From Aplysia californica (lineage: Eukaryota), in NCBI RefSeq assembly GCF_000002075.1, contig NW_004797272.1, positions 4,189,839 through 4,253,838 of the forward strand: a stretch of 64,000 nucleotides of DNA, written 5' to 3'. Both the position numbers and the translations under genes were made by a program. The notes under the pieces were generated by a model that did not search any database, had not been told where the DNA came from, and saw only the letters and a list, made by a program, of their open reading frames with translations. Shown here piece by piece: positions 48,901-60,540 of this stretch (position 1 is the stretch's first letter; every line of letters begins with the position of its first letter).

Positions 48901-51900
48901 AGGGGAACTGTCTAAAAAAAAAAAAGTATTTCAAGAATTAACGTCATGTAATTACCCAAAGAGTGCCTACGAAATAGGCCCATACAGTTCTGGGCCCGTG
49001 GCAGTATAGTGACATTAGAAGGTCCGGAACAGTTCCGGGTGAAGCAGGGAAGGGGTCAAAGGGTTCCAAAAGTCAGCTTACCACATTCCTCTTCTTGATG
49101 TTCTTTTTCACCTGGTCAACAGGAGCATCCAGATATATGACAAGATGTGGATGCCAAAAGTAGTCAGTGGCCACTTCATACTGGTACTGGTAAGCTTTGA
49201 GGGCTGAGGAATAATCAGATGCAATGTTTTGTGCTCACTACACACACTTCAAAAACCCATCTCATTCACTTCAAATGAGTTATCTTACTCAACCACAACC
49301 ATTGAAGTGCTTACAAATGTAAAAAAGAAAAAAAAACCATCTCAAGCATAGCTGAATCGTAAAAGGAGGTCATGTAAGTTACTGAAAGTATCATATTTTC
49401 ATGAATGTCTTATCCTAAAACAACAATCTCAAATCACCTCTTTTTCCATTCACTGTTCTTGTCCGCATACAACATAATTCGTATTTCTGATGAACTTATT
49501 GATGAACAAAACAATTTCTAATATAATGTAATTCAATTATATTTTGAGTAGTTACCTCTGGCAGACATGTATCCCTGCTTTCTCAGAGTGTGTGCAAACA
49601 CCATATCAGACCACACTCCTCTGTTCATGACGACACCTTGGCCTGCGACACAAAGGAGCCAAGAAATATTGTTGTACTTTTCAACGACTAATATCAGAAT
49701 TTATAATCGGCATTGTGGTGAATTCAGGCTCTTAGTCAAAATACTGAAATTGAAGAAACTGACATTTTTCTGCCAGTTAGGCATTAAAAAAAAAAAAAAT
49801 TAATTTAGCTTAACACCTTTTAAGTCCATTAAAAAAAACCCACATCTCTGTGTGGACTTTATAGACAAATAAACAACAGCATTTAAAAAAAATGTAAGTT
49901 TGAAGTTTACAAAGACATTCAAGTTTGGCAGTCACCAAATTTGGCTGCTATTCTCTCTCTAATTTTATCTCTGACACCAATCAACCCCCACCTCTTTCAA
50001 TCAGTGCAAATATTTCGACGAATGCTTTCTGAGTTTCATGGAAGGATTGATGCAAAATAATTCCAAGCCGATTACTTTATTCTAATAGAAAATGAACATA
50101 TCTTTCTATTGGTACTTTTTTGAGCTGGTATTTTACATATCTCGCTTTAAAAATTATCTTTAAAAACTTTGACAGTATTTATAAAGGCTTTCTATCTAAA
50201 CGATAAAAAAAGGCCAAAAATATACCCAGAGAAAGCCCTTTCAAAGCTCTACAGTTCTCCGCCAATGAAAAGACAGTATTTAATCATCAATCTTTCCGCG
50301 ATTTCCATGTGTCAATTTTTTAACCGGCCGACCACGCATTCTGATCGCGAGCGGCTTCGCTTTCCACGGCCATCCTCCAGCTCCGAATAATCGGAACATA
50401 TAAACAACATACACCATTGTAATGAGGAAAAGCTGAACTTTTACAAGGTGTACAGCATTTTTTGTTTTATAACGAAAGAGCAAAGAAACAGCCATGTGAA
50501 TTTCCCCGATACCACGTGCTTGGAAGGCCGCGACGCCGCATTTACGCTACCTTCAAAAAGCCATATATATCGAATATATACTTATCTTCGTGTTATAATT
50601 TTCAATATTGTATGTCTCTGTACTTTTTGCATTTTTGTGTAGTATTTTCGACAGAAATAGCAGCACACTCAACAAAAAAAAGAAGAAATATTGTGCTTGA
50701 ATAGTTAAAAACCAACTAAAAACAAAGGTCTTGGCACCTGTCCAATGTGAACAAAATAAGAGTCAAAATTCTTTCTGTTCAGTAAAGATCAACATCAGCT
50801 GAAATTATCTAAATTTCAGTAGGCCCTATTCAAACATTTATCATAGTTACAGAGTACTTGATTTCTTTTAGTCAGGTAAAAAGCTTTTACTTTAGGACAC
50901 GCAGCACATTGATCAGAGTCAAGATTCCGGCAGTGAGTGAGTTAAAATGTGGCACCACATCTTAACCCTCGTCCTGCGGGAGCCGGCTTTATATCCCCCG
51001 ATAAGCCGATTTCGGTACCTCGCCTACGTTCTGGTCCCGAATCAGTGTAGCCCCTGGATCAGTGTGCATCATCTTACGTGAAATGAGTTTCCCGAGTCGG
51101 ATCCCCATTCACGTAGGTCAAATGTGTGTGCGTCAGTCTGCTTGGGTTTGTGTGCGTTTGTGGCCTTCTTCTAGAACCGCCTGCGTTGGTTCGTAATCGA
51201 CGCATACGTCTCATTCAAAACACACCAAGTTGGTAGCCAGGGTTGGGTTGATTTAAATCAGTTGATTTTTTAAAATTTAAATCAACTTGATTTTTTAAAT
51301 AAAAATCAGTGATTTAAATCACTTTTTAAAAAATTTATTTTTATTCAGTTTTTACACATTTTAACATTCAGAATTCCTTTCCTTAGTTTCATAAAACAGA
51401 TAAGGTTTAGTAGACTAATATAATCATGCTTAAAAGTCTGCTTTCCCCCCTTTCACTGTAAAATAATACAGTATTCAATTTACTTTTTTTTTCCATAAAT
51501 GAAATCAGAGCTGGGTTGATTTAAATCAGTTGATTTTTTTTATATTTTAATCAACTTGATTTTTAAAATAAAAATCAGTGATTTAAATCACTTTTCAAAA
51601 AAATGTATTCCGTTTTTACATATATTTGAACATTCAGAATTCCTTTCCTTGGTTTTACTGAACAGAGATTAAGGTTTAGTAGACTAATATAATCATGCCT
51701 AAAAGTCTGCTTTCTCCCCTGTCACTGTAAAATAATATAGTTCTCATTTTATTTATTTTTTTCATAATTGAAAACCAGGGTTGGGTTGATTTAAATCAGT
51801 TGATTTTTAAAAAATTTAAATCAACTTGATTTTAAAAATAAACTCAGTGATTTAAATCACTTTTTTAAAAATGTATTCTGTTTTTACATCTTTAAACATT

Positions 51901-54900
51901 CAGAATTCCTTTCCTTGGTTTTATAAAACAGTGTCACTGTAAAATGATACAGTACTCAACTTTTTTTTTTTTCATAATTGAAAACCAGGGTTGGGTCGAT
52001 TTCAGTTGATTTTTAAAAATTTAAATCAACTTGATTTTAAAAATAAAACTCAGTGATTTAAATCTCTTTAAAAAAATGTATTCTGTTTTTACATCTTTAA
52101 ACATTCAGAATTCCTTTCCTTGGTTTTATAAAACAGATATAAGTTTTAGTAGACTAAAATAATCATGCTTAAAAGTCTGCTTTCCCCCCCCCTGTCACTG
52201 TAAGTAGTGAAATGATACTGTACATACAGTCGAACCTGCCCTGACGGCCACTTCTATAAGACGACCACCTGTACAAACGGCCACTTTCCATTTCCCCCCT
52301 TGCATTTTTTCTATATAATTTAACTGTGTAAAACGGGCACCTGGCCGCGGCCACAAAAATTTAACACACAACCCCTATAATACTAAGCAATAATACCTGT
52401 CTAAGACGGTCACCTTAGTGAATCCATTACGTTTTGTCATAAATTGTGCATTGGCCCCTGGCGTTGTGGGCGAGCCGTCATAATTCAATCACCTGTCGTT
52501 GTTGTTAGGTAGTCCCTCCAACCGATCATGTTGCGTAGGCCCCTCCCACTGTTGACCAATAGCTACCAATTTTCAGCTGCAGGTGAGTTAGCGTGTGATC
52601 CCTCATAACCCATAAGCCCCGCCCAGAACTCATACACAAATCGTAAGTGAGATGAGTGGTTACTGTTTACCCAGTCCGTAACAAAGTAACAAAGGACGTC
52701 AACATGAACTTGTTACAGAAGCGTCCTTCGTTCTCCGAGTGGTGGCGACCCATGTGTTTGTTTTAACATGGCACTCGGTCTTCCTTGTCTGATACATTTC
52801 GTTTTATTGTCACCATTGTGCAAAATCAGCGACAAAATAAAAATTACAAACGAAATACAAACCAACAGCAACAACACCAACAAAGACAACAACAATGGGG
52901 CTACTTTCGATTGGGGCCTCAGTTGGGAATGGTTTGTTTTCTTTATCTTGATCAGTCCTGCCTAAGACGGCCACCTGTCTTATGCGGCCACTTTTCTCCT
53001 TGACAATGGGTGGCCGTCTTACACAGGTTTGACTGTATTTTACTTTTTTTTCATAATTGAAATTAACATTTTCTTCTTTTTAGACAAACACAAGCGCGCG
53101 TACACACACACACTGTAATAAAATGCAAGTTTATCTATGCATAATTACCCCCCCCCCCCCCCCCTTCCTTTTAGACTGACATTTTCTTCATTTTTTGTCT
53201 GTAGCCATTTATAATTCACTGATATAGCCGATTAAGGTTTTCTAAAATTGCAGTTGCTTAAATTAATCATTAGTTAAAATAAAGACAATGTATTTTGCAC
53301 TAAAAGAACTTACTTTTAGCCACCAAAAATCCCAAACTATGTCGACATTTTTTTTTTAAATTTTAAAATTTAAAAAATCCGATTTAAATTTAAAAAATCT
53401 GATTTAAATCCAAAAAATCGATTTTTTAAATTTTTATTTAAAAAATCAAAAAAATCACCAACCCTGTTGGTAGCTCTAGATGTTCGTCCAATGAAATTAT
53501 AGAAGAAATTGACCCACTTAAACATGAGGAGCTCGAAAGGATAGTCAGGAAACAAGACTTTCATTTTTCCATACAAAATCTTTCAAATGAGCTTGATTTT
53601 GTATAAAATAATACTACCTGATAAAAAATAAGTTTGTTTGATAGTTTTGAATACCATTGTGCAGGTACAAAGAACAATTTGAGTGTAAAACATTAGGAAA
53701 TTGACCTATATTATCCCCTTTCGAACCTCAGGTCATTCATAACAACAAGAGCATCCAGAAAAGTTATTCGAAAGGGCGTAACTACTCGTAATGTCTTATC
53801 AGCTTGTGAGAGGGGGTTATTCCTGTGTTTGTAACACTTTACTTTATAAATAGAAAGCTATGAAAGATAGTGCGTTATTTTCATCATCGATTAACACACT
53901 CGGTCCCACTGTATTCATGGCGAAAACACACGTTTCCCGGCGCGCGCGCTGTACACCAACAGAACACACTGAGTGATCCCAGCGGCCTGCCCGGCATGTC
54001 CGACGTAATCGGTTGCTGATAAAATTTGCATTTCGGCACAGACGCAGGACAAGAGTTAAAGTAAGACCTTATATAGCAATGCCAATCGGGCTTTCCCGCG
54101 AGGCGAAAATTTGGTCCCCGTTTACGGGCGATTTTGCGGACCCGGCCGAAGCGTAGGTGACTAACTTTGTCAACCTCGGTCTGCTCTATTTCCGAACCAA
54201 TCCGAATGAAACTCGGCTACCAATCAGAAAATAGGGCAAACTAATGAAATGTGGACGTTGAAGTTCGTACACATAAATTAACCTATACTTTTGGTGTCGG
54301 GAACACTTTCGTATCGTGTACACCGAAAACTATAAGGAGTTTGAATTTCAACGCCCAGATGGTAATAGATCTATCTATCCTCTATAGTGTGCTCAAATTT
54401 GAGAGTTCTGTGTCAAGTAGTTGTTTAGACCCGATCGTAAATCTACGACTACCCCCCTATCCAAAGCGGCTTCGCACGGAGACCGGCCATTTTCCCCTCA
54501 CTCCCGTGGCAAATGTCTGTGACCTACAAATCCCCGCATGACTATTCCGGGCCCGTTCATTGGTCACTTGAAAATAGGGCAATGGCGGGCGCGCGCATCC
54601 GGTTGTTTTTCTCTCTATTCCCCTGTAACATTGCAATGGGGGTATTCCGAGGCGAGGTTATCTCGTCTCGGGGTGTTCGCGTCTCAACGGGGAAAAAGAA
54701 TTTTTAATTGTACGGCATGCTAGATTGAATTAACTTATCTTTTACGGTTGGCATGGTCTAAAGTCATCATAAAAAGCTTTGCAATTATTTAGTCACGCTG
54801 CCGACATATATTCTTAAAGATCCCATGTTGTGATACGATGCTATAAATAAAATGGACTCATCCCGACACCCCTTTTTCGCAAAATCGTAATATGTACACC

Positions 54901-56275
54901 ACAATTTTAATTATAACAAAATAACTACGAAATTGGTAGTAAATCTGACTGCAGAAATGATTTCTACACTCAAAAACACATCGGGTAGCCAAGTTTCTCT
55001 CGAACATTGGGATTAGTTACCGAGATATCGTCGATTTTCTTACAGAATCTGCTACTGCGTGGTCCACTTTTTAGGAGTATTTTCCTATATGTGGGTCATC
55101 CATATTTTGCCGACCTTTACAACCCCATAACTTTTTTATTTATGAACCGTTTCTCAAAATTCAAGAAGCATAATTATCAGAATTGAAAATTCTTTCTTAG
55201 GTACCAAAAAAAAGGGGGCAAAAGTGAAAATTTAAATTTTCATTGGCATTGCTACCTTATATAGACCTTTTCCTTCCTTATCATATCATGCCTCAAAAAT
55301 TTGGAATTCCCTCCCAAAAGAAATGATATATCATAGCATCTCAGCGAGAGAATTTAAGGAACGGTTCAACGTCTAAAGACACATTCGTTAAACATCGTCC
55401 TCGGCCAGTAAATGCAGGTCATGAGTGTGGGACTGGAAGTAGTATGTGTGTGTGTGTGTGTGTCTGTGGTGTGTGTGCATGAGAGTGTGTGTGTCTGTGA
55501 TGTGTGCGCAAGCATGCGAGTGTGTAAGAGAGTGTGGCTAAATGGTTTAGTTTCTCATGAGGCTATGATAAAAGTTATTTTCTGTCCTACTTTATATGGT
55601 CAGTCAAGGGTTTATCATCTACATTACACAGCGCTACAAGCCTTTTGGAATTAGGCACCTGATATACAACATGAATCCCCAATATTATACGCCCTGGCTT
55701 GTCATGAATTGCTTACCTGTGTTCAATACATGGGCGATGATGTTTTGGGCATAATTGAACAGCTTGTGTCGAAAAATTTCATACTGAGTTCTTGGGAAGT
55801 TCGCCAGCACACCTTTTGATGCATTCTGTGAGTAAAAGGCCTCAAAGTCACAAGATCTTGCTTTGACGGGTAGCTGTGCATCATATTCTCTGACATCAAA
55901 ATTGGTCTGCTGTATTGTGTACATGTCCTTATCAGAGACATCAGGAACGTACAGAAGATCAAATTCTTTGGCAATCTTCTTTCCAAGTTCAGCTTTGCCA
56001 GTAGCCAGGTTTCCATCGATAACAATTACTTTCGTGTTGTCATCAATCCGGCTGTCAACTCTGTCAAAAGGAATATGCCAATACCTAAATCCCTTCTTCT
56101 TGTACGGCCAAGCCTTCTTTCGGGGTGCCTTTTCGCTATGGTAAGACGTCAAGTTCGCAACAAGGACTGTGCAAGCGCCAAGAGAGTTTTCTGTACTCTG
56201 CCTCAAAAGTTGTGGTAGTTTTTGGCTACCTTGATTACGAAGCAGCAATGAAGTCCTTGCAAAAAGCAGTGCCAT
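42931..56275 (-). CDS. NDUFA10: NADH dehydrogenase [ubiquinone] 1 alpha subcomplex subunit 10, mitochondrial; whole spliced CDS (8 exons, ~406 aa)
   Basis: Exons 56275-55717, 49642-49556, 49203-49082, 47004-46916, 46687-46627, 46159-46047, 44663-44543, 42999-42931; all GT-AG and phase-compatible (1221 nt). Basic N-terminal presequence, P-loop [49 protein letters not shown] typical of the NDUFA10/dNK fold. Confidence 0.92.
44543..44663 (-). CDS. NDUFA10: NDUFA10 exon 7
   Basis: [29 protein letters not shown]...TVAE; donor GTAAGT. Confidence 0.85.
45343..45985. mobile_element. Tc1/mariner-type MITE with a probable nested fragment ending at about 45815
   Basis: TA|CAGCCAAACCTT ... AAGGTTTGGCTG|TA. 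Confidence 0.65.
46047..46159 (-). CDS. NDUFA10: NDUFA10 exon 6
   Basis: [37 protein letters not shown]. Confidence 0.88.
46290..46520 (-). mobile_element. L2/CR1-group LINE 3' relic
   Basis: Minus strand reads [16 protein letters not shown]; a similar [12 protein letters not shown] relic lies on the plus strand at about 55262-55670. Confidence 0.6.
46627..46687 (-). CDS. NDUFA10: NDUFA10 exon 5
   Basis: [21 protein letters not shown]. Confidence 0.85.
46916..47004 (-). CDS. NDUFA10: NDUFA10 exon 4
   Basis: [29 protein letters not shown]. Confidence 0.9.
47626..48457. mobile_element. Tc1/mariner(pogo)-type MITE
   Basis: Perfect 23-bp TIR CAGTGGAACTCGGATTCAACGAG, TA TSD, repeated subterminal CTCGTTGAATCCGAG motifs. 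Confidence 0.9.
49082..49203 (-). CDS. NDUFA10: NDUFA10 exon 3
   Basis: [41 protein letters not shown]. Confidence 0.9.
49556..49642 (-). CDS. NDUFA10: NDUFA10 exon 2
   Basis: [29 protein letters not shown]. Confidence 0.9.
51238..53466. mobile_element. hAT-type non-autonomous element with tandemly repeated left end
   Basis: CAGGGTTGG ... CCAACCCTG; perfect 8-bp TSD TTGGTAGC at 51230-51237 and 53467-53474; GATTTAAATC subterminal palindromes. Confidence 0.9.
52227..53035. mobile_element. Tc1/mariner-type MITE nested in the hAT element
   Basis: TA|CAGTCGAACCTG...GACGGCCAC ... GTGGCCGTC...CAGGTTTGACTG|TA. Confidence 0.85.
54074..55254. mobile_element. 1.18-kb TIR element, superfamily uncertain
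   Basis: Perfect 13-bp TIR TAGCAATGCCAAT/ATTGGCATTGCTA flanked by the direct repeat CCTTATA. Confidence 0.75.
55717..56275 (-). CDS. NDUFA10: NDUFA10 exon 1
   Basis: [13 protein letters not shown]...DGNLATGK...HVLNT; donor GTAAGC. Confidence 0.92.
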
Positions 56276-56364
56276 GCTGAAGGTTTGCTTCAGCCGTTTT
56301 CACTGCAATTATGACCTGTCGCCAAGTCTTTGACTGGGGAAGTCAAGTCACCTCTCCAGAGTTC

Positions 56365-56410
56365 AAGGAACAGGAAGTACCATTTGCAAAACAGTTCATT
56401 GCGCATGTTC
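56365..56410. promoter_or_regulatory. Putative NDUFA10 proximal promoter: ETS/GABP-type CAGGAAGT plus partial NRF1-like TGCGCATG
   Basis: Motifs about 100-130 nt upstream of the ATG. GABP (NRF-2) and NRF-1 regulate nuclear respiratory-chain genes in other animals. Short motifs, could be chance. Confidence 0.35.
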
Positions 56411-58240
56411 TTGGGTAGTTTTGTGCCTCTTATCCGAAAGAGCTCTAAATACGTTAAAGATAGCTTTCACAGTTTTTACCAGTTTCGGTGTTCAACGATA
56501 TAATGTTTATTTTTAAAACAGGTATTTTTTTTTTTACATTTCAATAAGAGGACTCGTCAATTGAAAAGAATAACAGTAGAAGAGATAAAAATCTCAAATT
56601 AACATGTGTTTTAAGAAATGTCTTCTATACGCCAATGTTCAATCGCGTTAAATTTCAGAAGGAGGCAGAATTTACAGCATTTTGAACTATTGTGCGGTCA
56701 AAAATTGGTGGCGCAACTTATTGTCAAATTTATAGATCTATTCCTGAACTGTCGAACATACAGTCTCCAGCGTTTGCCCAATGGTTTGTGGCAATTGTCT
56801 CAACAGGTCAATATTTTTGTAAATACCTGTCATGTTTTTTGTTTAAGTAGATGTTTTACGGCGCTCGCAACTGCATAAGGTCATATATGACCGCCATGGG
56901 GTGGATGTAAACAGAGAAGTCCTTGCAGGGAATCAGACTTATTCTGCTCACCTCTCTAGCTTCAACAGCACAAAGTCTGCTTTGACTGTCAAGGCACCCC
57001 GGAAATAGCGGGTCACAAGAGTGAGACAAACATACAAAAGACGTAGAGGAAAATGACGATAGTAGGATTAGGAAAGAAAAAGCAGCTGTAGTAGTTCAGG
57101 CACAATTATGAGCATGACATTATTGGATCAGCGCATTTACAATTCTACTGTGCAGTAGAACGAGAGATGTCGCCCCTTTGGGAATGGCCTAAAGACACTT
57201 CAGTCAGTGGCACCGCCCTGGATTGGGGGGGGGGGGGTATATAAACACCTGTTAGCTGTGCTCAAGAACATTCTTTAATAATTAATACTAATTTTTTAAA
57301 ACCCAGTGGGTATATATATATGGTTTCTATAGTGTACATTTTTTTATTTAAAAGTTTACATCTGGGACAATATATCGCTTTCAAAAGCAAGTCCTTCATT
57401 TTTTCATTTTTTTCTGATCGAAACACAATTTAATGCTTATTGAACGCATATTTTGAGAACCTTTAGTGCAATTTTTTTTAAATAGTTTTCTCGATTAGAT
57501 TATTTTGTTTGAAAAAAGTTTTGCCTCTAAAAGTGTAAAGCTGTGACGTAAATTGTAATGGATAGGCAAAGTATGCGTGACGCGTGAGAAGCGGGGAATG
57601 CTGTGAACGTACGTAGGCCCACACTCCCGTTTTCTACGTGACGACAGAGATTCATAGTAATTATTTATATAGAGGACTAACGTTTGTTTTATATTTAATC
57701 TAGCCTCTTAGGCCTACTCAGTAATAAAGGACAATGTTCAAATAAGTTGTTAACTACTGTGCAAAGTATGGGGGACATTGATTCACCCGTTAAAGAGTTA
57801 TTTGAGGATAATTCAGTTGTAACACTCATTTTTTTACCGCCTTGGCCTATGGAGACTATATGAATCGACTATAAATAATTCACCTTCGTGAATCCTTCTT
57901 AATCAGAAATCAGCACCCCACCCCCCTACCCGGCTCATATATATCCTCATCTTAATTGGCCGAGAATGTGTCAGAGTGTTTAATTAGAGTTTGCTGGGNN
58001 NNNNNNNNNNNNNNNNNNNNNNNNNNNNNNNNNNNNNNNNNNNNNNNNNNNNNNNNNNNNNNNNNNNNNNNNNNNNNNNNNNNNNNNNNNNNNNNNNNNN
58101 NNNNNNNNNNNNNNNNNNNNNNNNNNNNNNNNNNNNNNNNNNNNNNNNNNNNNNNNNNNNNNNNNNNNNNNNNNNNNNNNNNNNNNNNNNNNNNNNNNNN
58201 NNNNNNNNNNNNNNNNNNNNNNNNNNNNNNNNNNNNNNNN

Positions 58241-58552
58241 NATATCCCCGCCCAACAGCAGGCTCTATATGCGCTTTACACTATATCATTACCCCCAGCA
58301 GACCATAGAACACTCAGAAACATTCTCAGCTTCCCGGGAAGCATACAGCAGCCGATTAAGCGCTCAAACACTAACAAACTGACAAGATCTTTCGCTGTCT
58401 ATGGCCGGGTATACCCATTCCCACCTGGGTGAAGTGAGGAAAATTCGTGTAAAGTGCCTTTTCCAAGGATACAACGTCTTGCCCCTGACGGGATTCGAAC
58501 CCACGAACTTACGGCTGCGAGTCCGAGAGCCTAACCACTAGGCCACCGCCAC
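58241..58552 (-). mobile_element. tRNA-derived SINE family B (CORE-like middle, L2-type 3' end), near full length
   Basis: A box TGGCCTAGTGG, B box GGTTCGAATCC, then GTATCCTTGGAAAAGGCACTTTAC...CACCCAGGTG..AATGGGTA; tail runs into an N gap. Confidence 0.8.
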
Positions 58553-59214
58553 CTAACAACACGATGCCATCGCCAGTAAGCAAGCCTCGGTTGCTGTTAG
58601 GCGCACATTAAGCTGCAATGGCTAGTTCACATTCAGCTGCTCGCGGGGGGGGGGGGGGGCTGNNNNNNNNNNNNNNNNNNNNNNNNNNNNNNNNNNNNNN
58701 NNNNNNNNNNNNNNNNNNNNNNNNNNNNNNNNNNNNNNNNNNNNNNNNNNNNNNNNNNNNNNNNNNNNNNNNNNNNNNNNNNNNNNNNNNNNNNNNNNNN
58801 NNNNNNNNNNNNTAACAGTATGTGGTGATGGCGTGTCAGAGCGTGAGAACGCGTTGGCAGCGTCAGTGCCAGGTATTATCTTAGTGCATAGAAGTCTGTC
58901 AAACAGATTTTTTTTGGAGAAATACTGAAAGTTTCAAAGAAACCTTCGCACAAGATTTATTCTAAAATATGAAGGATACAACCCCGGGGGTACAAAATGA
59001 CCCCAGGGCGTACGATAGGGTTAATAAAAGTAAAAAGGTGGTTTGAAAGAAAACTGTAAGTTATGCGTTATACAAACAATTAATATAAAATGTCATTCTC
59101 GTAAAAGGAAACCCAGTGAACACTGAACCAAATGAAATTGTCAACCAGTCAGTATTACAATATTATGACCATATATTTAGCTATCAAAACATCCATCCTC
59201 GACATAATTTGCCA

Positions 59215-59605
59215 CCCATTTTTCGGCCGAAGCCTACTCTTATCGATTTTAGACCACAAAGGGATCTTTAACGTGCGCAACTTGCACACGGACCCTCCGA
59301 GATTTTTCGCCCTTGTCCGAGAGGGCTAGGTGTAGATCTTTCCTACCAGAAAATCAGGGGTGTGGCTGAAAGACAGCAGTAAGAAGAAGCGGAAAGAATC
59401 AGGAGCCCAGAGGAAGGGGCAAAGGAAGTGAGGGGGTGGGGGCAGAAAGAGGACACGAAAGCAGAACATTGCTAGAGAGCAGGAAATGAGGTGAAAGGAG
59501 ACAAATTTAGAGAAGAAAATTGTTCGGTCGCTACCCGGATTCGAACCCGGGACCTTTTGAATGAGAGGCCAACACCTTAACCTCTAGGTCACGAGACCCC
59601 CCCGC
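59215..59605 (-). mobile_element. tRNA-derived SINE family C with Deu/Nin-like domain, copy 1
   Basis: Head with GGTTCGAATCC B box; body ...TCGGACAAGGGCGAAAAATC...GCACGTTAAAGATCCC. Confidence 0.75.
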
Positions 59606-59845
59606 GTGTCCTTGAGCAAGACATAACCCAAGCTCAAAATACAGGTTGCTGCTTAGTGGCGACCGACAGCGGCACGGTTGTAAACTGTTCTGTATTTGTG
59701 TAATATTATGTATTTATGATTGTATTTATGTATGTATTCATGCGTGTATTTATGTATGTACGTATTTATAATTATGCATTTATGTATGTAAAGTTATGTT
59801 TGCCATTGTAAACCAAAGTGCCCGTCCGGGACAAATAAAAGTGTA

Positions 59846-59908
<63 letters not shown>

Positions 59909-59929
59909 CGCGCGGGAAACATTAAACAT

Positions 59930-60350
59930 TTTCAGTAGGTAGGAATTTTTAAATTCTGGCCGGGTGGCGGCCGAAGCCTAAGCTCATATCGATTCTAGAC
60001 CACAAAGGGATCTTTAACGTGCACAACTTGCACACAGGACCTCCGAAATTTTTCGCCCTCGTCCGAGAAGGCTAGGTGTACATCTTTCCTACCAGAAGAC
60101 AGCAGGGGTGTGGCTGGAAAGACAGCAGTAATTTAATGAGCCAAGGAGAAACCGTAGAAAGGCTGCAGAAAGAGTCAGGAGCCCAGGGGAGGGGGCAAAG
60201 GAGGCGACAGAACATTTTTAGAGAGCGGAGAAGAGGTGAAAGGAGACAATTTTAGAGAAAAAAATGATTCCGTCGTTACCCGGATTCGAACCTGGGACCT
60301 TTGAATGAGAGGTGAACTCATTAACTTCTATATAAGGCCACGAGAGCCCT
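59930..60350 (-). mobile_element. SINE family C copy 2
   Basis: Colinear with copy 1. Confidence 0.75.
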
Positions 60351-60475
60351 CTTCCAAGGGTAGGCCTACGATTTGGGCTGAGGATGTAGGCTACATCGTT
60401 TTAATTATCTTTAAACACGAGATATAGATATAGGGCCTAACACCAATTAGGACCTTACAATTTAACCTCTTTAGC

Positions 60476-60536
<61 letters not shown>

Positions 60537-60540
<4 letters not shown>

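Larger units (their letters stand above)
50966..54055. mobile_element. piggyBac-type non-autonomous element hosting nested insertions
   Basis: TTAA|CCCTCGTCCTGCG ... CGCAGGACAAGAG|TTAA. Confidence 0.75.

Noticed and set aside
57260-57900. CRE-like TGACG words upstream of NDUFA10
   Set aside because: More than 1 kb from the ATG, imperfect, and in sequence that looks TE-derived but whose ends I could not define
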